Shown piece after piece: positions 20,410-30,831 of a DNA stretch of 51,819 nt. This stretch comes from Nitrosopumilus sp. Its GTDB lineage: Archaea; Thermoproteota; Nitrososphaeria; Nitrososphaerales; Nitrosopumilaceae. The stretch spans positions 1-51,819 of the forward strand of contig JANQNM010000020.1 of assembly GCA_028279625.1 (NCBI GenBank), given 5' to 3'. Numbering within the stretch: position 1 is the stretch's first letter; each line of letters begins with the position of its first letter. The notes beneath the pieces are model-generated. The model made no database searches and was not told where the DNA came from. It worked only from the letters and a program-made list of their open reading frames with translations. Position numbers and translations under genes: made by a program.

Positions 20410-20499
20410 CTTATTCTCGTAAATTATGATTAATTTTTTTATATAAAATAACATGGAATGTTTCAAAAATGGAAATAACAAAACAAGGCTAATTTTCTC

Positions 20500-20850
20500 T
20501 CAAGGAGATGATTTGGGATTTACCGTATTAGGGTACAGATTCAAAACAGGCTCTAAATCATCCACAGTGATTTCCACTTTTCCAATTCTACTACGATATT
20601 GTTTGATTTTTTTTCCTTCTGAAGAAATCACATATTTGTCAACTTCAGCAAGTGCCAAATCCTCTAAAGTAGAGAGAGTTTTGTAGACAGTAGATAATGA
20701 AATCTTTAATTCTTCAGCAATCTGAGTTGCATCTTTTGATTCATTTTTTACAGAAAACAAAACTGCTCTGGTACACACGTTGCTAAGAGATTCAATAATT
20801 TTTTGAGTTATATCAAATTCAGATAATTTTACAATATTTGGTTGTGCCAT
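20500..20850 (-). CDS. Winged HTH transcriptional regulator (ArsR-like), paralog 1
   Basis: DITQKIIESL...ATQIAEELKISLSTVYKTLSTLEDLAL. Confidence 0.88.
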   Translation of the reverse strand: MAQPNIVKLSEFDITQKIIESLSNVCTRAVLFSVKNESKDATQIAEELKISLSTVYKTLSTLEDLALAEVDKYVISSEGKKIKQYRSRIGKVEITVDDLEPVLNLYPNTVNPKSSP

Positions 20851-20858
20851 TTTGCATT

Positions 20859-21188
20859 CTAATTAGGAACTAAAGTCAAGGTTGGGTCAGGTTTTCGGAT
20901 AGAAATATCTGCCTTACTTATTCGGCTTCGATAAACTTTGTATTTTCTGCCCTTATCAGATAACATCCATTTTTCGACTTCAATTAATGTTAATTCCTCA
21001 AGATCAGATAATTTTTTGTATACTGAACTTAATGGAATTTTTAATTTATCAGACAGTTCTGCAGCAGTGTTTCCTTTTTTGATTATTGAAAACAAAATTG
21101 CACGAGATTCAGAATCAGCAAGTGCTTCAATTACTTTTTGAGTTATATCATATTTTTTTAATTGAGGTAATGTGAGTTTTCTTGACAT
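20859..21188 (-). CDS. Winged HTH transcriptional regulator (ArsR-like), paralog 2 (likely start 21188)
   Basis: DITQKVIEAL...AAELSDKLKIPLSSVYKKLSDLEELTL; tttaaata about 25 nt upstream of ATG 21188. Confidence 0.88.
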   Translation of the reverse strand: MSRKLTLPQLKKYDITQKVIEALADSESRAILFSIIKKGNTAAELSDKLKIPLSSVYKKLSDLEELTLIEVEKWMLSDKGRKYKVYRSRISKADISIRKPDPTLTLVPN

Positions 21189-21438
21189 GTAATTTTCAAA
21201 AATATTGTTCATGTATTTAAACAACTTGTTTTCATTCTCATTCTAGAGACTTAGAACAACTAGTTAAAAGAATGAGTTCCATACAGAAACTCAAACAATT
21301 TCAAAGCAGTCCCAAAATAATTCCAATTGAGAATTAAAATCAGATTAGATAAAGCACAGACATATCTAAATTCATTAACTAAATTCATAGTAGTTAGATT
21401 ATTACAAAAACAAGATAAATCAAGATTTTTTGCTAATC

Positions 21439-21462
21439 TGTTATTCCTGGATCTAACATACT
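21439..21462 (+). promoter_or_regulatory. TGTTATT-N10-ACATACT element upstream of the response regulator
   Basis: Same half-sites and spacing as 28515-28538; CATAC begins 44 nt before ATG 21501. Confidence 0.45.
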
Positions 21463-21500
21463 GGTCTTTTTGATGTATTTTATTCTAGAATCATTAGAAA

Positions 21501-22277
21501 ATGAGCACTTCAGGAACAGAATCTAATGAATCAAAGTATGAAAGTCAGATTTCTGAGATTATTCAAGGTGAATTGATTGATCTCTATGGAGGTAACGGTT
21601 ACAAATCCATTATGCAGACCATGAAGAAAATTTGTGGAAAATCAGAAAATGAAATTATTACAAATTATGAATTATTTGCAGAATTAGCAGAAGGGGTTTT
21701 TGGAAGATTAGCAGAGTCAAAAATTCTAGAACCAATAAAATTAGAAATCAGTAAAATTGGAGAAGAAAATATTCAACAAGAAGAAAAACCTGTTCAAAAA
21801 GAAAATTTGAGATTGTTAATTGCAGACGATGAGCCTGAAATCTTAGAATTATACAAACTATTCTTAGAATCTAAAGGAAGAGAAGTAGTTCTAACTAGTG
21901 ATGGACGAAAATGTGTTGATGCCTATAAAAGATTCAATCAAGGACAAACAAAAGATTACTTTGATGCAGTCATTCTTGATCAGAAGATGCCATTTATGAC
22001 AGGGTTGCAAGCAGCAGTAGAAATTTTGAAGATAAATCCTCAACAAAGAATGATTTTTGCATCAGGTTACTTGGAAAAAACATTACTTGAGGTACTGACA
22101 AGATTAGACAGAGCAATTGCAGTAATTGAAAAACCATTTTCACTAGATGTTTTGAATCATCTAATTAACAATACGGCAGTATTTGAAAAATTAGAAAAAA
22201 TCAACATCAACCAAGAAGAAAAAGATGTAAATCAAAAAATGCTAGAAGTAATGACTGTATTACAAAATCAATTTTAG
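21501..22277 (+). CDS. Response regulator (N-terminal helical domain plus receiver)
   Basis: LLIADDEPE, VILDQKMP, FASG and IEKPF receiver motifs in the C-terminal half. Confidence 0.9.
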   Translation: MSTSGTESNESKYESQISEIIQGELIDLYGGNGYKSIMQTMKKICGKSENEIITNYELFAELAEGVFGRLAESKILEPIKLEISKIGEENIQQEEKPVQKENLRLLIADDEPEILELYKLFLESKGREVVLTSDGRKCVDAYKRFNQGQTKDYFDAVILDQKMPFMTGLQAAVEILKINPQQRMIFASGYLEKTLLEVLTRLDRAIAVIEKPFSLDVLNHLINNTAVFEKLEKININQEEKDVNQKMLEVMTVLQNQF

Positions 22278-22331
22278 AATTTATTCAAATCAATAGACAA
22301 GGTATTTACTTGAAATCAATTATGGATAATC

Positions 22332-22976
22332 GTGTCAAAACTTTACCTCATAGTAATTCCGATTGCAATAGGAATCATTACTGGTTTATTCTTAGCATCT
22401 TTTCCAGAACCAGAGAAAAATACTAAATTATTCACAGTTTCAAAATTAATTGAAAATGGCTCTCCAATACTAGGTAATCAAAACGCACCAATTACAATTT
22501 TAGAATGGGGGGATTACCAATGTACCTTTTGTTACAAATTTCACCAAAATACATTGGGACTAATCTATGATGAACACATCAAAACTGGCAAAGTAAAACT
22601 GGTTTTCAAAGATTTTCCATTAAATGGACCTGACTCAATTTTGGCCGCTGAGGCATCATATTGTGCTCAAGATCAAGAAAAATATTGGCAATATCACGAT
22701 GAACTTTACAAAAATTGGGGAGGAGAAAGAACTGGTTGGATTACCAGAGATTCGCTAGAAAAGTTTGCCAATACAGTAGAGTTAGATTTAGAGAAATTCA
22801 ACAAATGTATGGATGAGAAAATATATCAAAACAAAGTTCAACAAATTCATGAATTTGGAAAAGAGATAGGCATTGATGCAACACCATCTTTTTTGGTATT
22901 TAATGATGAAAAAATCATCAAAATTAGAGGAAATCAACCGCTAGAAGTATTTCTCAAAACAATTGACACATTATAG
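22332..22976 (+). CDS. DsbA-family thioredoxin-fold oxidoreductase
   Basis: N-terminal TM, GNQNAPITILEWGDYQCTFC (CxxC), cis-Pro motif ATPSF. Confidence 0.92.
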   Translation: MSKLYLIVIPIAIGIITGLFLASFPEPEKNTKLFTVSKLIENGSPILGNQNAPITILEWGDYQCTFCYKFHQNTLGLIYDEHIKTGKVKLVFKDFPLNGPDSILAAEASYCAQDQEKYWQYHDELYKNWGGERTGWITRDSLEKFANTVELDLEKFNKCMDEKIYQNKVQQIHEFGKEIGIDATPSFLVFNDEKIIKIRGNQPLEVFLKTIDTL

Positions 22977-23036
22977 CAAAACAAAAAGATATGATTCAAT
23001 CAAAATTAATATTCGTACATAAAGGAGTAGTCACAA

Positions 23037-24317
23037 ATGGGTAAGATCAACATCGAAAAACAAGATTCTGTCAAGCTCTATAAAATTAGAAAAACACTTG
23101 ATGAGATATCTCATAAATCAGGTAGAGGGACAGAACTCATCACAGTCTATATTCCTAAAGGAAAGCAATTACATGAGATTATCGGTACGCTTCAACAAGA
23201 ACAGGGTACAGCCGATAATATCAAATCAGATCTTACAAGATCACATGTTGTAGATTCACTTGGTAAAGTTATTCAAAGATTAAAGCTATACAAAAAAACA
23301 CCTGAAAGAGGACTTGTAATGTTTTGTGGAGCGCTTCCACCTGAAGAAGGAGGTCCATTAGGAAGTGAAGTAGTAACTGTTTGGGAAGTTGACCCTCCAA
23401 AAGATTTGAATCAATATCTATACAGATGTGACGATCACTTTCATGTTGATATTTTAAAAGACATGCTAAAAGATGATAACCTCATCGGATTTTTGGCAAT
23501 TGATTCAAAGGATGCAGGATGGGGATTGTTACATGGAGATAAAATTGAAGTTTTAGCACAAACAGGTTCTGGAGTTGCAGGAAAGCACAGGCAAGGAGGA
23601 CAATCTGCAAAAAGATTCCAAAAACTAAGAGAAATGGAACTTACTTACTATTACAACAGAATTGCTCAAACAACTAGAGAGTATTTTATCGACATATATC
23701 CAGTAAAAGGATTAATTATTTCAGGTCCAGGTCCCACTAAGGAAGATTTCATTAACGGAAACTATCTAGAATACCGTTTACAAAATAATATCATTGCAAC
23801 AATAGATTCATCATATTCTGGTGCAGAAGGGATAAGAGAAGCATTTGCAAAATCCTCAGACATTCTAGGAAATTTCAGAATGGTTGAAGAGAAGAAGCTT
23901 GTTGAAGATTTGTTTAGAGAAATCAATGGAAATACAGGAAAAGGATCATATGGATTGCAGGAAGTAATTGAATTTCTAAAGAACAATGTTGTTCAGACTT
24001 TGATAATTACAGACAATACAAACTTGAGTAGAGTTGAAGGAAAGTGTAAACGATGCGAAAATGTGCAAGAAGAAATTCTTGAAAGACAGTTAGTCATTCC
24101 CAAAAAAACAGAGATGACCAATAACCCATGTCCCAGTTGCAAAGCAATGGAAGTAGAAGTTCACGAGCAAGATATTGTAGATTATTTAGAATTAATAGCA
24201 TCAAAAACTGGAACACAAATTGAAGTTATTTCAGGAAATGCAGAACACGGACATATGCTTGAGAGTCTTGGTAAAATTGGAGCTATTCTCAGATACAATC
24301 CAGGACACACTAAGTAA
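23037..24317 (+). CDS. prf1: Peptide chain release factor aRF1
   Basis: NIKS, YRCD and GGQS motifs; CKRC...CPSC insertion in domain 3. Confidence 0.97.
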   Translation: MGKINIEKQDSVKLYKIRKTLDEISHKSGRGTELITVYIPKGKQLHEIIGTLQQEQGTADNIKSDLTRSHVVDSLGKVIQRLKLYKKTPERGLVMFCGALPPEEGGPLGSEVVTVWEVDPPKDLNQYLYRCDDHFHVDILKDMLKDDNLIGFLAIDSKDAGWGLLHGDKIEVLAQTGSGVAGKHRQGGQSAKRFQKLREMELTYYYNRIAQTTREYFIDIYPVKGLIISGPGPTKEDFINGNYLEYRLQNNIIATIDSSYSGAEGIREAFAKSSDILGNFRMVEEKKLVEDLFREINGNTGKGSYGLQEVIEFLKNNVVQTLIITDNTNLSRVEGKCKRCENVQEEILERQLVIPKKTEMTNNPCPSCKAMEVEVHEQDIVDYLELIASKTGTQIEVISGNAEHGHMLESLGKIGAILRYNPGHTK

Positions 24318-24717
24318 CAAAACTTCGAATTTTTTCTGCAAGAGCAGATAACTCATCATCATTAGCAATTTGTCTTTTGGTCCAGATTGTTCCTTTACTA
24401 TTGTATCTTGGAATGATATGGATATGAACATGAGGGATAATTTGTCTTGCAGCCTTACCATTATTTTGTCCTAGACTAAATGCATCAGCCCCAGTTGCCT
24501 CTAAAATAGCATTAGCAATTTTTGGAACAATTGAGAACAAATTGCCTACATCTTGAGAATTCATATCAGTAATTCTTTCAAAATGTTTTCGTGGAATCAC
24601 AAGTGAATGTCCAACATCAATAGGATATCTGTCTAAAAATGCAACATGGTCTTCATCTTCGTAAATAAAATGGGCCTTTCTTTTTCCTTCTAAGATCTCA
24701 CCAAAAATGGTGTTCAT
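24310..24717 (-). CDS. HIT-family nucleotide hydrolase
   Basis: GHSLVIPRKH and histidine triad PHVHIHIIPR. Confidence 0.95.
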   Translation of the reverse strand: MNTIFGEILEGKRKAHFIYEDEDHVAFLDRYPIDVGHSLVIPRKHFERITDMNSQDVGNLFSIVPKIANAILEATGADAFSLGQNNGKAARQIIPHVHIHIIPRYNSKGTIWTKRQIANDDELSALAEKIRSFVT

Positions 24718-24781
24718 AAATTTTTCAATATCTTATTTTATTTATTGTTTTTAGATGAATCGGATAAAAAAGAAGTATTGT

Positions 24782-25015
24782 TCAAGTAACAATTTTTGAA
24801 AGTTTTTTCATATGACTAGTATCATTTTTGGCAGCAAGATTTAGTGCTTCTTGCATCTCGTTTTTGTAATCTTCGACATTTTGTTCATCATCTTTTTGAA
24901 CTTCGCATTCTAGAACAATTGGTAATTTTTTGAATTTTTTGAATTGCTCATAGGTTACTGCGCATTCATAATAGTCAGAATCATCTTTGAATTTGTATTT
25001 GATCAAAAATGGCAT
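24782..25015 (-). CDS. Small hypothetical protein with C-terminal AxKNDxSH motif
   Basis: 77-aa ORF with ttatata upstream; C-terminal motif shared with 48132-48284. Confidence 0.7.
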   Translation of the reverse strand: MPFLIKYKFKDDSDYYECAVTYEQFKKFKKLPIVLECEVQKDDEQNVEDYKNEMQEALNLAAKNDTSHMKKLSKIVT

Positions 25016-25168
25016 GAGTAAACTTGGTTTTTGAGTGCTATATAATCAGTTGTATGAATTTCTTAATAAAAAAATGATAGATCACTGACAAACAATTTTG
25101 GAATTTATCAAATTCAAGTACAATTATCGAATGGTTAATTAGGGCAAATTTTGGAATCTGTTCATCCA

Positions 25169-25765
25169 ATGGGCAGAAAAGAAAGAAGAGAGCGTGAACA
25201 AAAACGTGAAAATTACGCTTCTAAACATTCAGCAGAAAAAAGAAAACACACCCTAATAGCAATAGGTGTTTTAGGAGTAATTGCAGTAATCGTAGGGTAT
25301 GCAGGATATTTGTTTGTGAATATGACAGAAACTGCTCCAGGTGGACCAGAAAATGCGGGAGCATTAGGTAGCGAACATGCCCATGCAGCAATACTTGTGA
25401 AAATTTTCGGAGATGAATTTGATTTTTCAGCACCAGCATATCAAATCAAATCATCATGGATTCACTTTGAAGGAAGGGATGGATCTACTATTCACAAGCA
25501 TGCAACAGGAGTCACACTAGGATATCTCTTTGAGACACTATCATTAGGAATTGATGATCAATGCTTTGTATTCCAAGATGGCAGAAGCTTCTGTACAAAT
25601 GAAGATTATACATTACGATATTTCATTAATGGAGAAGCAGTTTCAGATATTAGAGATTATGAAATAAGTGAAGATGACAGAATTCTAATTTCTTATGGTG
25701 CAGAAACACCTGAAGAAATTGAAGCACAATTGCTCCAATTAGAAGCTCAAGAATTAATAAAATAG
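25169..25765 (+). CDS. Membrane-anchored His-motif hypothetical protein (likely start ATG 25169)
   Basis: Basic N-terminus, TM helix, EHAHA / IHFE / IHKH motifs, Cys pair. Confidence 0.8.
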   Translation: MGRKERREREQKRENYASKHSAEKRKHTLIAIGVLGVIAVIVGYAGYLFVNMTETAPGGPENAGALGSEHAHAAILVKIFGDEFDFSAPAYQIKSSWIHFEGRDGSTIHKHATGVTLGYLFETLSLGIDDQCFVFQDGRSFCTNEDYTLRYFINGEAVSDIRDYEISEDDRILISYGAETPEEIEAQLLQLEAQELIK

Positions 25766-25770
25766 AATTT

Positions 25771-25980
25771 TCAAGATTCTTCTTTTGTAGTAAACTGAGC
25801 CATTTTATCAAAGAACATGTAGTGTCCACATTTAGTGCATCTTAGAACAGTCAATTCTGTTGTAAGAAATTCCTTGTCTTCAAATCTTCCACTAAGTTTT
25901 ACATTTTCTCCAGCAATTTCGGCTTTGTTGCTTTGACAAACAGGACATACCAATGTTTTTTGTTCCACACAAAAAATCAA
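25771..25980 (-). CDS. Small zinc-ribbon protein
   Basis: CPVC...CTKCGH; true start probably a few codons downstream (GTG). Confidence 0.75.
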   Translation of the reverse strand: MIFCVEQKTLVCPVCQSNKAEIAGENVKLSGRFEDKEFLTTELTVLRCTKCGHYMFFDKMAQFTTKEES

Positions 25981-26066
25981 TTATGTTTCAATTTAAACTC
26001 AATGAAATTCATTAAATCAAGTATCAACAAAAGTCTAAATTATAGCAAACCAGAAATTCTCATGTC

Positions 26067-27740
26067 ATGGAAATTTCAAGTAGAAATGTAGTCGAAGGAA
26101 CAACTAGAGCCCCACAAAGAGCAATGTACAAAGCCATGGGACTTAATGATGATGATTTATCTAAACAGTTTATCGGTGTATGTCATACAGGAAACGAAGC
26201 AACACCATGTAATATTCATCTTCCAAAATTAGCTCTAAAAGCAAAAGAAGGAGTATTAGATGCGGGTGCCACTCCTAGAGAATTTTCAACTATTGCAGTA
26301 AGTGATGGAATTGCCATGGGTCATGAAGGAATGAAATCATCTCTAGTTTCACGTGAAGTGATTGCAGATTCTATAGAATTAATGGTAAGGGCACACCAAT
26401 ATGATGCCCTTGTTGGTATTGCTGGTTGTGACAAAAGTCTACCTGGAACAATGATGGCAATGGCAAGACTAAACATTCCTTCAGTATTCGTGTATGGAGG
26501 AACAATCATGCCAGGAATTTTAGATGGTGAAGAATTAACAATTGTAGATGTCTATGAGGCAGTTGGAGCTTATGATGCAGGTCAATTATCACTGGAGTCA
26601 TTGAAAAATATTGAAAACACTGCATGTCCAAATGAAGGATCATGCGGAGGCATGTTTACTGCAAATACTATGGCATCAATTTCTGAAGCCATCGGTCTTG
26701 CATTGCCTGGAAGTGCAAGTCCTCCTGCATCAGATGAAAGACGCAATAAGATGGTATATGACACTGGAGTTGCATGTGCAAAATTATTACAGATGAATAT
26801 TAGACCAAAAGAGATTCTGTCATTTGAGGCATTTGAAAATGCCATTACCATGTTAAATTCTGTTGGAGGTTCAACAAATGGTATCTTACACTTACTTGCT
26901 TTGGCAAATGAAGTTGGAATTAAATTAACATATGATGATTTTGAAAGAATCAGAAAAAAGACGCCACACATAGCAGATATGAAACCAGGTGGAAGTTATG
27001 TTATGAATTCATTAGACAAGATAGGAGGAATTCCATTTGTTCTAAAGAGATTATTAGACAAAGGATTACTCAATGAAAATTGTATCACAGTTACTGGAAA
27101 AACTATCAAAGAAAACCTTGTTTCAATCAACATACCTGAACCAGAACAACACATTGTTAGACCGGTAGAAAATCCGCTCCATTCAGTTGGAACAGCCGTA
27201 ATTCTAAAAGGCAGTTTAGCACCAGAAGGAGCAGTTATCAAAACTGCAGGTGTTGAAATGACAAAATTTACTGGAAAGGCACGTGTTTTTGATAGAGAAG
27301 AGTTTGCATTTGATGCAGTGTCAAAGGGCGAAATTGATGAAGGGCATGTAGTTGTAATTAGATATGAAGGACCAAAAGGAGGTCCAGGAATGAGAGAAAT
27401 GTTAGCTACTACTGCAGCACTTGTGGGCCAAGGATTAGGAAAGAAAGTAGCTATGGTCACAGATGGGAGATTCTCAGGTGGAACTAGAGGATTCATGGTT
27501 GGACATGTTGCACCTGAAGCATATGTTGGCGGTCCTATTGCTCTTGTAAAAGACGATGATGAGATTACAATTGACACTGAAACAAATGTTATTGAATTAC
27601 ATGTATCTGATGAAGAGTTAGAAACTAGAAGAAGATCATGGAGTCCACCTAAACCAAATTACACATCTGGCGCATTAGCAAAGTTTGCAACTCTTGTTGG
27701 CTCTGCAGCAGAGGGCGCAATAACAAGACCTAACCTATAA
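26067..27740 (+). CDS. ilvD: Dihydroxy-acid dehydratase
   Basis: [54 protein letters not shown]. Confidence 0.98.
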   Translation: MEISSRNVVEGTTRAPQRAMYKAMGLNDDDLSKQFIGVCHTGNEATPCNIHLPKLALKAKEGVLDAGATPREFSTIAVSDGIAMGHEGMKSSLVSREVIADSIELMVRAHQYDALVGIAGCDKSLPGTMMAMARLNIPSVFVYGGTIMPGILDGEELTIVDVYEAVGAYDAGQLSLESLKNIENTACPNEGSCGGMFTANTMASISEAIGLALPGSASPPASDERRNKMVYDTGVACAKLLQMNIRPKEILSFEAFENAITMLNSVGGSTNGILHLLALANEVGIKLTYDDFERIRKKTPHIADMKPGGSYVMNSLDKIGGIPFVLKRLLDKGLLNENCITVTGKTIKENLVSINIPEPEQHIVRPVENPLHSVGTAVILKGSLAPEGAVIKTAGVEMTKFTGKARVFDREEFAFDAVSKGEIDEGHVVVIRYEGPKGGPGMREMLATTAALVGQGLGKKVAMVTDGRFSGGTRGFMVGHVAPEAYVGGPIALVKDDDEITIDTETNVIELHVSDEELETRRRSWSPPKPNYTSGALAKFATLVGSAAEGAITRPNL

Positions 27741-28292
27741 TTCTGAAAGCAGTTTTTTCCAATCAATCTTTTCTTGTTCTGCAACATAAATTTTCAAAAG
27801 AGTTTTCCATGCTTTTTGAAAATCAGTTGAAAATTTCTTAAATCCTGAAGCACTTGATAACAATACTTTATTTTTTGGATTGTAACTCACTTCATCTAAT
27901 TTTACACAATGCATCGCATCATTTCTGACTTCAAAAAGACGAGACATATCACGTGTGAACTCAGGACCAAATACTTTCCAATCTAGAAAAGTTCTAATTT
28001 TTCTGTTAACTGGTACTAGATTTAGAAGATAAAGCAATTCGTCACTATCATTTTGATTAGAAAATTGAACAATTCTTAATCGAACAATTTCATCAAACAA
28101 AAATGCCATTTTTGAGAATCCGGACAAAACACTATCCCGATTTTTGGAGATAGATAATTTTGAATCAAATCCCTTTTTTACAATTCCATCATTTACAAAA
28201 TAATGATTATTTTTATCAATAACATAGAGTCGGATTTTTGAATTGATTTTTTTCTTATTTTTTAGTTTGAGGAAGAATTTGGATGCATTCAT
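27735..28292 (-). CDS. Hypothetical basic protein
   Basis: 185-aa ORF; RNDAMH matches the Rx4H HEPN-type motif. Confidence 0.75.
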   Translation of the reverse strand: MNASKFFLKLKNKKKINSKIRLYVIDKNNHYFVNDGIVKKGFDSKLSISKNRDSVLSGFSKMAFLFDEIVRLRIVQFSNQNDSDELLYLLNLVPVNRKIRTFLDWKVFGPEFTRDMSRLFEVRNDAMHCVKLDEVSYNPKNKVLLSSASGFKKFSTDFQKAWKTLLKIYVAEQEKIDWKKLLSEL

Positions 28293-28514
28293 GTGACAAC
28301 AAAACTACAACATGAAATTAAGGATTTGGTAGATTCTCATACATATGAGCAATTTGTCCACAATCTTTATAGATCAGCGATCAGAAAAATCCCTAGAGAT
28401 AACAGTAAAAATTACAATATTCCCCTTTGAAATTCTGTTATCTACTAAAGGTTTTCAAAATTTGAGCGCGGAATTTTTCTAAAATCAGGCGTAAAAGTCC
28501 CAAAAATGGGAATT

Positions 28515-28538
28515 TGTTATTTTGAATTATCACATACT
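28515..28538 (+). promoter_or_regulatory. TGTTATT-N10-ACATACT element upstream of the 26-aa peptide
   Basis: Matches 21439-21462; CATAC begins 40 nt before ATG 28573. Confidence 0.45.
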
Positions 28539-28572
28539 ACGTAATATGAATACCAAATGAGCATACTAATTT

Positions 28573-28653
28573 ATGAAAATCACAAAAGATTTCCACATTG
28601 GATGGTGGGGCTTCGTAGCCGCAACAGTAACTGCTAATTTTTTGATTAGTTAG
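28573..28653 (+). CDS. Unannotated 26-aa single-TM peptide MKITKDFHIGWWGFVAATVTANFLIS
   Basis: Translated by hand; basic N-terminus followed by a hydrophobic helix; preceded by the shared promoter element. Confidence 0.55.
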   Translation: MKITKDFHIGWWGFVAATVTANFLIS

Positions 28654-28672
28654 CAGTTTTTAGATTTTTTCA

Positions 28673-30376
28673 TTAAATTGTTGAATTAAGTCCTAAAACA
28701 TCATAGTATGCTTTTGGAATCATTTGTTGTCCTTTGAAAAGGACATTATTTACAGCCGTGTCTAGGACATATGTTCTAGCCCAGTCATTTTCACTTCTAA
28801 TCGAACGACCAAATCCTTGTAACAATTTTGTCAGAGTCTGAGAGGTATACCAAAGAGGAAATTTGTCCATTTTTGCTTTAGTTCTCTTTTCTTTGTAATT
28901 TGGATAAGGAACTTTGGCAATAACCTGAAATCGAGACAAATCATCTTTAAGATCAACACCTTCCCAAAGAGAAGAAGAAAGAAGAACACCAGTAGGGTCA
29001 GAAGCATGTTCAGAAATTATTTCATCTTGAGTTTTTCCATCTTTGTTTACACTGTGACAAATTCTAATACGTCGAGTGTTTTTTGGAGAAAGATACCTTA
29101 AGATTTTTTGACATCTTGGAACAGAGGAAGTAAAAATAATGCCTCTTTCATCTGAGTGCTCATCTAAAATTCTATCAATAGTTTTTATGACTTCTAATTC
29201 ATCCTCTTCAGTAGAACCATATCTAAGACGACGAATGTTAAGCAAATCGATATTTCTATTTTCAACGGGAAAAGGGGATTTTGGAGTATCAACAAATGCA
29301 ACCTCATCAATATTCAATCCAAGATTTTCACAAAAGCTAGATTTGTCAATTGTAGCAGACATGAAAATTTGATAATCAGTTTCAAAAAAAGAGTTCGCAA
29401 ATTTTGAAATATCTATGGGTTTAATAGAAATCGTTCTAAAATTACCATTCAAATCCCTAACAGGATCATTTACAACAAAATTGTCTTTGTCAGATGAAAT
29501 ATCTATTTTTGCTTGAGCAGCTCTATCGTATCGTCTTTCCAATCTAGTTATTAATTCATAATCCGGAGTATTTTGAAATGCGGCACTCTCCTTAATGTCT
29601 TTGATTTGTTTTGCATATGAAAAAGCAATGTCATCTGTAAGTTGTATCATAGAATCCAAGTCTGTAAAATCATATTTTTCTGAATTTAAACGACATTCAT
29701 CAACTTGGGCACCAAAAACATCAAAACCGACAAACTGTATTATTTGATCTTCGATTTTATGCGCCTCATCAAAAACAGAAACCTTTCTATCAAGATAATC
29801 TTCAAAAAGTTTCTTGTTAAACTTCATTATTTGAAAGAATGCATGATAATTCCACAGGGAATGGTTGGAAACAAGTGCCTCATACTTTTGTAAATAGTAT
29901 GAACACGATTGAGAATCATGAGTGTTTTCTTCAACTTGTTTGATAGTCGGTTTGAATTTACAAATTTCTACAACCTCTTTTCCATTTTTACTAGTTCGTT
30001 CTTGACATTGACCCTTATCACAAGTAAGACCCCACCTCATTGCTCTTCTAGAATTTTCAATCTTTTCTGAAGACATTAGTTTTAGACATGGAAAATTTTG
30101 TTTTCCTTTTACAGGTTTTAGAAATGGAATATCTTTGATATATTGATCCTGTAGATGTTTAGAAGCAGTAACAGTAAATGAACTATCAAAATATCTAGAA
30201 ATTGTTGCACCCACTAAGGATTTACCTACACCTGTAGGTGCACATAAGACAATTTTCTTATATCCAGATTTTAATTGAGTTTCAATTTCAGATAGAATTT
30301 CTTTCTGTATTTCTCTAGGAATGAATTGTTCTGGAAATTTTTCTAAAAGTGACAGGATTTTTCTGTTTTTCATCAA
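28673..30376 (-). CDS. DinG/XPD-family SF2 ATP-dependent DNA helicase with probable Fe-S cluster
   Basis: Q motif PREIQ, APTGVGKS, four spaced Cys, DEAH, EGVDL, QGFGRSIRSEND. Confidence 0.92.
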   Translation of the reverse strand: MMKNRKILSLLEKFPEQFIPREIQKEILSEIETQLKSGYKKIVLCAPTGVGKSLVGATISRYFDSSFTVTASKHLQDQYIKDIPFLKPVKGKQNFPCLKLMSSEKIENSRRAMRWGLTCDKGQCQERTSKNGKEVVEICKFKPTIKQVEENTHDSQSCSYYLQKYEALVSNHSLWNYHAFFQIMKFNKKLFEDYLDRKVSVFDEAHKIEDQIIQFVGFDVFGAQVDECRLNSEKYDFTDLDSMIQLTDDIAFSYAKQIKDIKESAAFQNTPDYELITRLERRYDRAAQAKIDISSDKDNFVVNDPVRDLNGNFRTISIKPIDISKFANSFFETDYQIFMSATIDKSSFCENLGLNIDEVAFVDTPKSPFPVENRNIDLLNIRRLRYGSTEEDELEVIKTIDRILDEHSDERGIIFTSSVPRCQKILRYLSPKNTRRIRICHSVNKDGKTQDEIISEHASDPTGVLLSSSLWEGVDLKDDLSRFQVIAKVPYPNYKEKRTKAKMDKFPLWYTSQTLTKLLQGFGRSIRSENDWARTYVLDTAVNNVLFKGQQMIPKAYYDVLGLNSTI

Positions 30377-30452
30377 TATTAAAAGCTGAAGGTTCTTGTA
30401 ATATCAAAATTTTTGTACTCTAGTTTAATATCTAGTAGTGGGATATTATAAC

Positions 30453-30770
30453 ATGGAATTACTAGATGATAAAATGCGTGTTTGGTTAGAAAGTGCAAAA
30501 TTTGTAAAACCAATCTCAGGTGTTTATGTACTGTATAACAGAAGTAAAGAGCCAATCTACATTGGTCAAACTAGCAATCTTGAAGAGACATTTACAAAAT
30601 ATGTAGATACGGAATTTGAAGGAAATGAGTGTAAACAAAAAACTCAGTTTTATCAGAGAGAGTTTACCGAATCACCAAAAGATCGACATTTAGAATTAAT
30701 GGATCTTGTAAAAAATGATTCTGGCAAATATCCTATCTGTAATTCTGAAATCGAGTTGAAAACTAATTAA
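30453..30770 (+). CDS. Stand-alone GIY-YIG-like domain protein (likely start ATG 30453)
   Basis: SGVYVLY...IYIGQTSNL and C-terminal PICN. Confidence 0.75.
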   Translation: MELLDDKMRVWLESAKFVKPISGVYVLYNRSKEPIYIGQTSNLEETFTKYVDTEFEGNECKQKTQFYQREFTESPKDRHLELMDLVKNDSGKYPICNSEIELKTN

Positions 30771-30831
30771 TTCATTCAGTGCAATGCAGTGAAAACCTAG
30801 GGGATTAATAGAAAACTGACAAAATTAGGAC

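Noticed and set aside
24040-24145. CxxC...CxxC insertion in aRF1
   Set aside because: Variable mini-domain insertions in domain 3 are known in aRF1/eRF1.
10538-27740. Short convergent gene overlaps (10538-10546, 24310-24317, 27735-27740)
   Set aside because: Normal in compact archaeal genomes.
28293-28430. 45-codon GTG ORF VTTKLQHEIKDL...
   Set aside because: Starts immediately adjacent to the divergent 28292 start and covers its promoter; no motif or promoter support.
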